Origin: Raillietiella orientalis
Lineage: Eukaryota
Direction: 5' to 3'
Assembly (NCBI GenBank): GCA_036172245.1
Contig: JAYWIR010000018.1
Coordinates: forward strand, 1,550,001 to 1,614,000
DNA: 64,000 bases
Each line of letters starts with the position of its first letter. Position 1 is the first letter of the stretch. The translations under genes and the position numbers were made by a program. A model generated the notes under the pieces. The model was not told the origin of the DNA. It saw only the letters and a list, made by a program, of their open reading frames with translations, and did not search any database. Below are positions 25,386 through 36,841 of the stretch, in pieces.

Positions 25386-25445
25386 AACAATGCAGTGGCC
25401 AAGTGTACGAGAACAATGCAGTGGCCAAGTGTACGAGAACAATGC
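25386..25445. repeat. Tandem repeat, 26-bp unit AACAATGCAGTGGCCAAGTGTACGAG x2.3
   Basis: Exact copies at 25386-25411 and 25412-25437, and a partial copy at 25438-25445. Confidence 0.95.
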
Positions 25446-26040
25446 GGGATCGAGGAATCACGCCGCTCCCATAAAGCGTTTGGCTTTTGCGATCCGTCAG
25501 TCGGAATCCGTTCAAAGATGCGTATTTTTCGTTCTGCTGTATTTGATGGCGTGGAAATATTTAAGATTCATTTCACTCCGGAACTAAGGGAGAAACGAAA
25601 TCATATCCCCTGAAGGGGCGTAGCGTTCGAGAGGAAAGAGAGGAAGAGAAAAGGAAAAAAAAAAAGAAAGAAACAAAAAAGCGGTCCTCGTTTTCTTTTG
25701 CTACTACATACCTCAGGGTTGCCTCGGACATCGTAACTGCACCGTGTGCAGCTCCGACTGGTTCACGCTTGGAATCCAGATTCGGAGTAGGACAAGTCTT
25801 TTTTTTTTTTTTTTTTTTTGTGCTTCAGTGCATTTCCAAGATAATGGGTGAAGTAAACTTAAGTTTCCTAACTGGATCAACTCTCGAAATATGGAATAAA
25901 ATTTTCCAACTTTCCCCGGTAAATTTCCACCGTCTTTCGCAACTTCTGAATTTCGCGATTTTCTCATTTGTCGAGATGAAATGGAAGGAAAAGACGAGTG
26001 TCATTGGTGGGAATAGAAATGTCCGGAATTTCCTTTTTTT

Positions 26041-26090
26041 TGTGCGTGTGTGCGTGCGTGCGTGTGTGTGTGTGTGTGTGTGTGTATGTG
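26041..26090. repeat. (GTGC)n/(GT)n microsatellite
   Basis: Seen directly. Confidence 0.95.
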
Positions 26091-27419
26091 TTTTAATGGA
26101 AAAAACTTTGAAATGCTTCCTTTACACTTAAATTTGGAATTCACGGGAGCAAGGGGGGAAACTCCGGCTGAAATCGGAAACTGAGATCAAATGCAACTTG
26201 TAAACAGCAACGTGGCTTGGTATCTTCGAAATCTGTGAAGATGGAAATTCGGCATGCAGAGTTTCGAGGATTCTGTGAATTTCTTTCCACTGACGAGTAG
26301 ATACAAGGGACGGTCAGATGCTGAGAAATTCCTGAAACTGCAATGCAAGAACTCTTCTGTGGGTTGATTTCGTCCGCTTTAGTTTCTTGATTGGAAGCTG
26401 AAGATGCTAAGGAAACTTCCATTCGGATCCACTCATGAACTCCCGTTTTTCACAAAGCTGAAATGAGCCGCTGAAAAAAAAGCTCTTCCAGCAGAGGTGC
26501 GCAATTCGTGCTTTTCCTTCCTAGGTGAACGACTCCGAGACTCCTGCCTTTCAGCTCCAGAAATGCGTGTGTCCTCCGAGTCCAAAATCGATCCCAGGAA
26601 GCGTGTGGAATTTTCCAAAAAAGTGTTCTCTTCGCAGCAAATCTTGGCGTAACGGCTCTTGCGGTGCCACCAGTCGTTTTTCGTCACGTCTGCTCGGAAA
26701 TGCAGCCTTGTCTAGAACTGAATGAAATCCGTGTGATGCTGCTGCTGCTGTGAGACTATTTTTGTATCTTTCGATTGCAGCTTCCCTATGAATATTTTGT
26801 TACACGCACCCTGTCGGATGGTTTTCTTCTAAGAAGACTTTTTTTTACCATTCGGTGCAGTTCGCTGAGCACCCGAAGTTCTGATTTGCATCACTGATTG
26901 CATGCAGGAATCGGATTTTGGCTGTACTGAAAGCAGTCGCCAAATTGTTTATTCTGTGGCGCCAGCGGAGCAGCCCGTGCCGCTGATGTTCCTCTACACG
27001 CGACGTTTATCTGCCAAGGATTCCCATATGATTTCGAAGGGAAAATGAAAGAATCTCAAAACAGTGTTTCGTCGAGAGAGCATCTTTCAATAGGGTTTCA
27101 AAAATCGATAGCAGCATCAGACTTCCGGAAATTTGCCAACCAGCGTCTTTCACTCTCCTCCAAGACCTCTCCCCTGCATTTTTAATATAAGAGCGCCTTC
27201 TGTTAAGTTTTCGCTCGCCTCCTTTATTTCTCCCTGTTTGGTGCTCGGCCTGGTTGCGCATCCGCAGCAGTCCGAGTGTGATTCCTCCAGATCTGGGAGA
27301 GCTGGAAGAATCATTTGTTCGAGATTCTCCTAGATTTCGTGTTGGGTTGTTACTCTGAACTCACCCACGAGGTTCACACCTTCACAAGACTCTGATCAAA
27401 GACCCATTCTCACCCGAGG

Positions 27420-28000
27420 TCACCACTTACGTAATGGAACTGGTCTCCCTTGGTATGTATCCTCTTCGTACAAGGTCTGCGTCCACGAACAGAGGCGTTC
27501 AGATAATCTGTCTTCAGACTGCTCTTGCTTTGGAACCACATTCAGATCTTCCTCTCCAGGTGAGAGTTCTCTCTCCCACCTGCCCACCTGCAAAGTTGCT
27601 GGGTCATCTCCTTTGCTTGAAACAGGAGTAGGCAAGAGAAGCTAACGAGGGCTGCTCCTGCTTCTCTTCGCTTCCATTCCGTAGGTGCTCGGAGTCTGGA
27701 GGTTCACTCCCCGAAGAACCTCAGCCTAGCCTTTGCTTCTCATCTGGACCAGCAGCTTTTTTGGCTTTGTGGGATGAAAACCGAGGTTCCTAAGTGTCAG
27801 ACTTCTAGGGTGTGGAATGGGCGACCTCTTTACTAAGGGAACCAGCACCATTACAAAAGCAGTTGGTTGCTGAGGTAACCCGATGCTCCCATCCCAAATT
27901 TCTGCTCCTCGACCAAAGTTCTGCTCGGTTCCCTTCTACCTTTTTTTTTTTTTTTCCAAAGAGGCATCAATCTACTTTAGCAGTGCCTGTTCCAGGAGCC
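27420..28000 (+). mobile_element. Decayed LINE APE-endonuclease remnant
   Basis: *WN (~27435), QIICLQT (~27500), LWDENRG..SDF....LLREP (~27767-27845), matching QWN, DIICLQET and WG..N.RG..L.DF...LLN..PT. Confidence 0.5.
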
Positions 28001-31000
28001 TTCGAACTTCGGGAAGCAGGTATACCATCCCCAGAAATGCAAGGGAAGATTTCCTATCATCGTGAAGAGAGATCATTGAATCCGGAGAACTTGGTTGGAA
28101 GCTTCATAGAAAATGCACACCCGGACAGTGAAGGAGAAGGGAGGGGAAGGGCAAAACCCTCGAGGGTGCGGTGGGCCAAATGGGTTGCGGGCACCACAAA
28201 GCCAAAGCGGAGCAGAGTTTGTTCCCGACGAGTATGTGCCCCTGGGTTCGAAACCGGAAGCAGAGGGTCTGCGACGACCTCCTGCCTTTTCCTGTCGCGC
28301 CATCCGAGGGGGGAGGCGCTTGCGCTGCGGCTCAGAGTGGATCAGGGGAAGCCAGAAGCAGGATGGGGACGATACCAGGACAGAGGCTTAGACGAATCGG
28401 CTCGCGGTGGGGCTGGTAGCCGCCGCGGGTTCGTGGTGAAGGCATGCCTCGCTCGACTCTCCCCGTTCCGGCGATCTGCAGTCGACGAGCATGCGCATCC
28501 TTGCTGGCGTCGCCGTGCACCTGTGCTCTGCTGATACGAAGGTCGGAAGATCCCATTTATCGTGCCGAGACCAAGCTGCAATCAACGATATTTTCATGGC
28601 TTGAGTAAGTGAAGCAGCGAACGCTTCATTAGTGCGCTATTTTATAGATAAATGAAATAGGTCACGGCTCACTGAAGGCTGACAACACCGACACGAAACA
28701 TCCCATTTATTTCGACTAGGAACGGGTCGCGAGTCGCAAGGCAGGAACGTTTTAGGAATCGAAACCTCGGGAGGGGGGATTCCTGCACTTCCGCATGTGC
28801 GAGACGCTGCTTTCCAGCCTGGCAGACGGGAAGTCCTGCGGCCCGTTTCGGAAAGTCGTTCGCTCCCCTCGCTCGAACCAGGCGCGCGGGAAGGCTCTCG
28901 GAGGGCCACGTGCCTCGTCAAGGAAGTTCGAATGGGTGGTTCTCCCTGAGGAGAGCGAAACGGTACCGCCGCTCTTGCAAGTCCCCCTCCTTTCCCCTCG
29001 CGCGGACGCGCGCGCCCAGGTGCCCAGGGAGCCACGCATGGGTGGGGTGAGGGAGAGAAGTTCACTCCGCTCGAGGGAGGAAAAGAGAACGCGGCTCAAA
29101 TCGTGGAGATCCCTCGCCCCCTTCACTGTGTTCCCTCAGACGTCCAGCGAGTCTTCGGGGAAGGGGGGGAGGATTCTGCCCAAGGCGTGCTGGCGGTGGA
29201 GGCAGCTACAGGATCCGGAGGAGCGTGTGTTCGCTCGGGGTGCGAGCCATCATCCTGGCCCCCAAGAGGGCAAATTGAGGTGTGTTCCGTTTGCCTGCTT
29301 CGGAGGTGGATTCGAGGAGCTGACGCATGGAGCGCTCTCCTCCCTCTGGTAGAGTGCTGCTGCTGAAATACGGTCTAATCTACACTCAGAGTGAGCGCTG
29401 GGTGCGCAAGGGGGGATTTTCACGAGGACCTACGTATCTCTGCCCTCGCAGTCCTGGTATCGCAGTCCCTCTTCAAACTCGAAGCAGCAGCAGCAGCAGT
29501 TTATGGAAACAATAAAAATGAACGTGGAGGTAAAGAGCGACTTCCTCCGGGGACGCTTAAAAGTCGGGGCTTCCATTTTGCTAAACGCCCAGACTCCTCG
29601 AGAGGTTCAGCGATTTGCTTTTTGACCTCCACAGATCGCTGCAAGTTTTTCCTGCAAGTGCTGTTGCTGGGTGCCGTCCGCTGATGTTGACTTATGGAGG
29701 ATGGTCGGTATCGGCTCGCTCAGGATCGTCAAGATCAAACGATAGCCCGCGAAGCATGCGGTTTGCGTCGCCGGTTCCCAGGCATCGGAAGTGACCGGCG
29801 GCGAGCGAGCGAGCCAACGGCTGCCCTTGCTTCCGCTGGAGGCTGGGACGGGGATGAGTTGTAGGGTGCTATTGAGCCGATCTCTGTGGGAAAGCAGGAT
29901 CACCCCGGCATAGATGGAAGGATCACCGCATGGTTGCGTCAGAGAGGGAGGGAGGGGGTCGGCTCCGCAATTCGCATTTCCCATCTCTCTGGCAGAAAGA
30001 AAAAGCGAAGTTCCGGTCGATCGATGCCTCTCAGGCTTATCCCGTTTGAGCGTTCATTCCTAGTTCTATTTTATGTCCCTACTCTCCTCCCCTCACCCCT
30101 CTTTCCCCGGGGGACCCTCTGCCTGCCGTCGGAGCAGCCCCATAACGACCCTTGACTTGGACCGCGGAGGAAGGGGTGTGCATGAGCGCGCGCGCGTGTG
30201 GAGAGCTTTCCGCGGTATCTGGACAACCGGACCTGGGGGTCGTTGCCACCACAGAGTCCTCTTCCCTTCCGTCCGTGCCACCACCATCGCGCGCTGAACT
30301 GGCGGGGAGAGAGTTGGACGCCCTTCCGCAGGATTGCCGTTGTCTTTCTGTTTCCCAATCTTCTCCTCCCCGCATCCACTTAATCTCGATCCCTCCCACG
30401 TTTTACCTTCGAGGAACTCAGCCTTCTCGGCGCGCTCACGGAGGAGCAGCCCTGACGACCGTTTCTTCTTATCAGGAGGCCGCTCTTCCTCGGAGGAGAT
30501 CGGTTGATAGTTGCTGCTGCTGCTGGAGCGCGCTCTCAAAGATTTCGTCATAAGGGGGCGGAGGAGTGGTTCCTGCTGCTGCTTCCTCCCTCCGGGGCAA
30601 GCGGCTCAGGCGGATACGCGCGATCCTCGGAGACACCGAGCCCCCCTTGACAACCGTCCAATTTCGTCCTCGTCGTCCTGTCCTTCAGGAACGCGGCATC
30701 CGGATCCTCCCTCGAAAAAATTCGACTCGGGAGCATCCAGAGTCAGGGAGAAAGTGCTGCCAGGCGTTTCCTCCTGCTGTCACTCAAGCCTGCCAGCCCC
30801 GGTGCCTGACCTTCATTGTTGCAGATTTGTTGCGAGCGTGTCGGCACCGTCAGCCTCCTCGCTATCTATAAATAGCAGAGGCATCTTCTCACGTTACTAG
30901 GCGGCGGCCTCGCCGTCTGATCCAGCCAGGCGAGTCTGCGGGATCACAGGATCCTCCAAGCGATCTGACCTAATCAAAAAGTCATAAACCCTCAGCTGTC

Positions 31001-34000
31001 CTCCTCGGCTGCTGCAACCCCCTGGCCCGTAATTAAAGCTGGCATCTTTACTGCCAGTTCATGCGGGCGACGCCTTTCTCTCGCGCGCTCCTTTCCAGGA
31101 CCGACCCCCCTCCCCTTCTTCCGGACCCGATCTTCTGGGCCAGCGACCGCAAGGGGGAAAGAGGAATTACGGAAGGACTCACTCTCGACCTCGTCCCTGG
31201 GGCTCGCGCGCACACTCGCTGGCCCCTGCCACCTGTCTGCTCGCATTCCTTCGGGAAAGTCACCATACTGTTCGGAAGGGACTTTTCAGGGCCGGTCGTC
31301 CTGGGAGGAGCCCTCTCACGTGTTGCGGGACGAAAGGCGTGTGCGTGGAGGTGGAACCGGCCCGCGTCCAGGGCCGAGCATGGCTCTTTCTCAGAGTCCG
31401 CTGGCACCGCCTGCACCTCACGAGCATTCCTCTTCCTGAGATGGTCGAAGAGGCTCCCGCTGCTCCTTCCTCTCTGTGTCTCCTTCTCCTCGAGTGCGCG
31501 CTGCGGATGCGTTGGTTAGGAGGCCACGCATCCGGGTGGCAGCGAGAGACCTGCTCACGCCGGTGGCGCTCGAGAATGCGGTGCTGCCGCTCGCTCCGCG
31601 GGTCGATCCGCGCCCACAGAGCGGTGGAAACCGCTCCATGGCAACGAGCAGTTCGTTTGTCTTGGGCACGGGTTGGTTGCTGCTCCCGTCGACCGCAGCT
31701 AGCAGCATGCAGGAACTGGGTGTGCGTGAAAGGGCAGGTCGCGAAGGGGATCTGGGAGAAAGGACGGCCCTTCCCTCGCCTGTAGCCGCGGCTCCACCCT
31801 CGAGTTCCTCCGAGGTCCTGAACCCGCCTGAGGAGCCCACAAAGTCCTTCCGTCGGGACGAGCTCAGGACGCCTCCTTTCCCAGTTCCGACGGCGTCGAC
31901 CGAAAGGGGAGCTTGCTGGTGGTGGCTGCCTCTGCCTTCTTCCATGCGGTCTCTCCGCCCTGCTCCGGGAAAGCGAGGTGATCAGCGGAAGGAGGAGGTG
32001 TGCCTCTCGGGCGCACCCATGCAGCTACTCTCGTCTCCTCTTCCCGCTTTGCTGCCCTTTCTTCCCGGTTCTGGACACCTGCTTCCCTCCGCTTGTCCCT
32101 TTTGAAGACTCACAGGAGATGACGCTTTCTCTGGGTAGCTCCTGACAGTAGGGGGAGTGCTTGACCCCTGCGCCCTCCTTCCATCCCTGCGCCCTCTTCC
32201 AAGGAAGGAAGGAAGGAAGGGCAAGGAGAGGAGGCGCCGCTCTCCACTCCTTGCCCTTCCTTCCTTCCTTCCTTCCGCCATCGCTTCCAGACGCGAACCG
32301 CTCCCCCTTCCTCCTCTCCCTCCCCCTTTGCTGCTGCCGGAGTACTTTCTTCCGCCGTCTGGCGCGCTCGCCAGACGGTCCCCTCGCGACCGGCTGAAGG
32401 AGACGGCGCGAGAGAGGTTGGCGGCGGGAAGAGGGCGCTGTTTCGAGGCGGCGAGCTTTTCCAGACATGTACCAGACACGTAACGACGGGGAGTGGGGGT
32501 GAGGGAACGGGAGAGTCGGAAGGGGGGAGCAGAGGGAGAGGATGGGGAGAAGGGGGGGGGAGGGAGGGAGGAAGGAAGGGGGAAATCGAAAAAAGGGGAG
32601 GGAGGAGACACACACACACACGTTTGACCGACTCACGCTCGCACGCATACGTATCGGAGGAGACGGGGAGCGGTTCCAGGCGTCTCGTCTAGACCCGCGC
32701 GGCTTACGTACTCGGCAGACGAACGGGAACCGCCGGGAAAAGAGGGGAAAGCCTTGAGGAAGGAAGAGGGGGAGGAGAGTGTAGGGACGAGGAGACGGCA
32801 GCGAGCTTTCCCTCTCTCTCGCCGCTAACGACGCGGGGAAAACCGCGCTGCCGGGAAGCAGGGACTCCCCTTGTTTAGGGACACGCGCTCCTGGGAGAGA
32901 GAAGGGATGGCGGGCTCCGGCTTCGACTTCCCAAGCGTTCCCTAAAGGTCCAATCCTCTTCCTCCGAAGCCAAATGCTCGTTGCAAAGGAAGGGGGAACA
33001 GTCCTCCCTGGCAAGCCCGAGGGGAGAAGGAGGGAGGGGAAGATCGAGAAAAAGAGAGTGAGGTAGCAGACTCCCGGAAGACATGCCCGTTACCGCGAGA
33101 TCTGTCCAGACAGTCCTCTCTCTTCGGATGGAGGCAGCCCCTGAATTCACAATGCGGGAATTCCAAAATGTCCCCGGTCCGGGACAGGGGAGAATTCCCG
33201 GGTCGCGGAGGATGACTGACCGGGTGGAAAATCGAGGTCCCTTCGAAGCCCAGTCGGCTGACTTCCCTGTTCGACGAGCTTTTAGGAAGGCAGGGTGAGA
33301 AGGGTTCTTGGCAGGGAGATGCAGAGAGGGCGATGCACCCTCCTGCCTGAAGGAGGGTGGGGGAGACCGCTCCTCCACGAGAGATCAACCGTCATTTCGT
33401 GACCAGCAGCACTCTGCCACCCGGGATTTAGGAAGGAGGTTGCCCCTGAGTTCTCCGCTTCTGCCCACGAAGGTGCTGCCATCCCGGCCCGAGAGGGAGC
33501 AGCAGTTGTGTGAAGGCAGCCGGTCCCTCTGGGCTTCCTTCCACTTCAGGCTAGGGGGTACCCGGGTAGGTCTCCAGGGAGACGGATTCACGAGAGATGG
33601 GAGCAGGAACTGGCCGAGTTCTCCGGACTCCACATCCAAGGGAGGAAGGTGAGGGAGGGCGGAGAAGGTGAAAGACCCCTGCAGCTCCCGTTTGCCCCTT
33701 GAAGCAGTACTCCGAAATAAGGTGGCACGGGTCAGTTCTCCGGCGGCTCTTACTGATCTGGGTTCTACCTTTCGCTTCCTTCTCGCTGATCGCAGCACCC
33801 TGTTCCTGCATCCAGTCTGTCCTGCTGTTTACTTCTCGTTCCGGAGGGGGGGCACTCTGAAGCCCGGTCTTGGAGGCTCAAAGTCAAAGACCGGCAGAAG
33901 ACCGAAGCTTTCTCCAGAACCAGCGTGCTCCCAGGGCACCTGCGCGAAATATGAAGGGAGTAGGATCTGGAAGTTTCCATCCTTTCCTTCCCTTTTGGCT

Positions 34001-36690
34001 CTGGTACTTGGTTCGGGAGCCATCGTGCAGGCTTTAAGGGTTGAGGAGCCTTCCTTCCTTACTCATCCTTTTTCCCTGGTCTTCGTTGACCCCGTATCAT
34101 TGGACAGGATACAGAACTTTCCCACTGGTATCAACCGGAAGGACAAGAACTTCTCGGGAGGCTGTGCGGCGTCTTCAACGGGAATTGCTTCCGGAACCGA
34201 GGTCTCCTTCCTCCTCACTCTCCCTCCTCTTTGATCCTTTTCTTCAGGGAATGGCCGCGGCTGCTGGACTTCCGTTTCGGACCCACAGAGCCGTCCTTCC
34301 TCTCTTCCTCCCTCTCGAGGAAGGTCCTGGTCTAGCTTCTTCACCTTCCCGAGAAACGAGAAGCGGAGAGCTCTATGGGAGCTCTAACCCTCCGGAGAAG
34401 CACCAGGTGACCCCCTTCTCCATCCGGACCTTAATTGTTAAAGAAAGAAGGTGGCTCCCTCCTCCCCATATCCGATCTCTGCTTGAGTGGGGCATCCCTT
34501 CTCCGACGTCAGGAAAACACCCCACTGACCGCCGCTCCTGAGAGTCATCGAAGCCGGAACGGCGACGGAGCTCACCTGGAGCGTGGGTGTTCTCTTCGCC
34601 TACACCACTCGGCCGTACCAGCAGACGTCTGCTTCCGGCTTTCGTCCTTTGGGAAATTCGGTCAGTCCCCTCTTACCCACTAATATTCTCCTTTCTTTTC
34701 TCAACCGCTGTCCTCCCGACTGAGGGGTTCCTGTGGAGGGTCTCGTGGAGAGCGATTCGGGAGCTGGAAGGTGATCTTTCTCTTCCTCATCGAAGAGCTT
34801 CTTGGTGGAGCCCTAGGACAGGAGGCACCTCCTATCCTAAAGCTCCCTCTCCGTCTCCCCTTGGCACACATGGGGCACGCGCTATAAAGGCCTCGCTCTC
34901 CTCTTCATAAGTGCTGACCAGTGCTCGCGTGGACGGAGTGGAAGGAGAAGAACTTCGAATAGGAAGAAGAGGAAAAACCTTCCCGCCTTCTCCTCCTGGA
35001 AGACCTATGGCCTGGCCTCTTTGTCCTTCTTCTCTTCCTCCTGCTTTTTCCGCTTTCCCTTCCTCTCCCCGTCCCCTTCCCTCCCGAGAAGGAGATAAGA
35101 AAGAGCCCTCTGGATATGCGCGCCTTCAGAAGACCGCAGACCAGCAGCAGAGAAGGGTCCCCGCGCTCTTCCCGAGGACGCGTTCAGTTTACTCCCTGAG
35201 GAAGCGCTTAGCAGGTTCTGCCAGTCCCTGCTGGCTGGCTTGTATTGTGCTTCCTCCACCTTTCCCGTGCCCCACCTCTTTATTTGCTCTTCTTTCGAAC
35301 CCAAGAGAAAGTCCAGCCAAGGTCTTCTCAGATCATGGTCCCTCTCGGGGGGATGGAGGCTGCGAGGAAAAGGGGAGAAGAGGGGCAAGGCGGAGATACC
35401 ACCAGGACTCCGACCTCCCCGCCATGCGCCACCAATGGAAGACACTGCGACTCGTGGTTTCTGCTACCCTCCCCCGGGAACTCCAGTCTCATGCACTCGG
35501 TGGATTCCGTGCCTCCTTCCGGAAACCGTCCGCGCGTCCTGTCCATTCGGTCGGTTTTTCTTCGAGAGCGTCACTGCCTTCCAGGCCGATTTCAGGACGG
35601 GGTGTGAGGAACGGAAAGGGGAGAAGTGGCTGTGCGCCTCCCATTCGGCATGTGTAAACGCTCGTGCGCCCGCGGCGTCATCAGCCGCGCCCATTCTCAC
35701 CTCAGAGCGTCGAGCTGGCGCTGGTGCTGGTGTCGGCTCGAACAGGCTGCTGCACCGGCGGAGCCTCCCCCGCACCACTCTGAGGGTCGCCCGCTGACAA
35801 GCACTCGAGCCTCGGCTCTAGGGGTCTCCTCTACCTCACCGCCGGATGCCGACCGGACGCCCGCCTACCCTCTTCCTCGGGTTCTGGTATTCCCGGCACC
35901 GAAATTCCAAGGATGGATGGCAGGGAGGTAGGGAAACCCTCGGCGGGATGCCGTCTCCGGGGCTCCCACGGCTGCAGACGCATTATCAATTAAGAGCACA
36001 AAGGGGTCAGATGGGGCATCGTCTCGGTCACTTTGGCGGCTTGCTTTTTGATCCTCGAGGGGACGGGTGCCGTCGTCGGGGCGTCCCCATGGAGGCTGCA
36101 GATCCGCAGGCATCGCACTGCGCGAGCAGGGCGTCGCCAGAGATGTCTCGCGCTCAGTTCGTCAATCGAAGAGCGGCTGTCGTTCGAGCCGAGACAACGG
36201 TGGGTGCCGAGCCACTTTCTCCCTCCCTTCATCAGGATGTGGTCAGGAAGGGAGGATGAGCGTGGGAGGGAGGGAAGGGAGAGAAAAGGACTCCAGGCAG
36301 CCCCTGGCAGGGTTCCGCCGCAGAAGCTACCTGCGTCGTCCGGCGCGCGCGTTCCCGCGCGCGTTCCTCCTCGCCGAAAGAGGATCTCAGAGAGGAACTC
36401 CAGGGGAAAGACGCCGCCATCGAAGGGAATGGAGTGTAGCTCATCTTCAAGGTGGTGGAGAGAAGGTCCGTTCCTTCCCCTCCCCCCCCCGTCCTTCCTC
36501 CCCGTTTCCTGCCGAATGGAGCGCCCGAGACCCAGCCTCACGTTTGGCGAAGTGGGAAACAAAAAAGAAAGAAGGAAGGAGGGTGGAGCGGAGAAGTGGA
36601 AGAGGAAGGGGGTGGGGGAGAGGGGTGTTTCTGTCGTTGTTTTGCGCCCCCTCTTGACTCCATGTGCTGCTCCAACATACCCTAGAGTGA

Positions 36691-36841
36691 TGACGTCACA
36701 TATCCTTGGCGGTTGCGGTGATTTCTCGAGTCCGGCGCCCCCTTCAGTACCTCTGGGAACGCTTTGTTGCGTCCCTGGTAACCCCCGGAGGCAGCTCCAG
36801 GGACGCTATAAAACCCCTCTTCGTTCGCGACGCCCTTCAGC
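36691..36841 (+). promoter_or_regulatory. Candidate core promoter: CRE (36691-36698), TATAAAA (36807-36813), TCAG initiator-like (36837-36840)
   Basis: Exact motifs; the TATA-to-Inr A distance is 32 nt. No recognised gene downstream. Confidence 0.4.

Noticed and set aside
25324..25445. CRISPR-like array
   Set aside because: The units are directly tandem without unique spacers, the context is eukaryotic, and there are no cas genes.
25714..25948. Possible MITE with CAGGGTTGC terminal inverted repeat
   Set aside because: The right end (GCAACTTCTG) is a poor match and no TSD is evident.
28163..28257. tRNA-like A-box/B-box (GGCCAAATGG ... GGTTCGAAACC)
   Set aside because: I could not fold a cloverleaf. 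At most a decayed SINE head.
30866..30875. CTATAAATAG (MEF2 consensus / TATA box)
   Set aside because: Isolated, with no initiator at proper spacing and no downstream ORF. The TATA-like sites at 34883, ~38262 and ~40396 likewise lack support.
33000..34600. Possible additional minus-strand LINE remnant (ISEYC; NGSPA..IP)
   Set aside because: Only two weak motifs.
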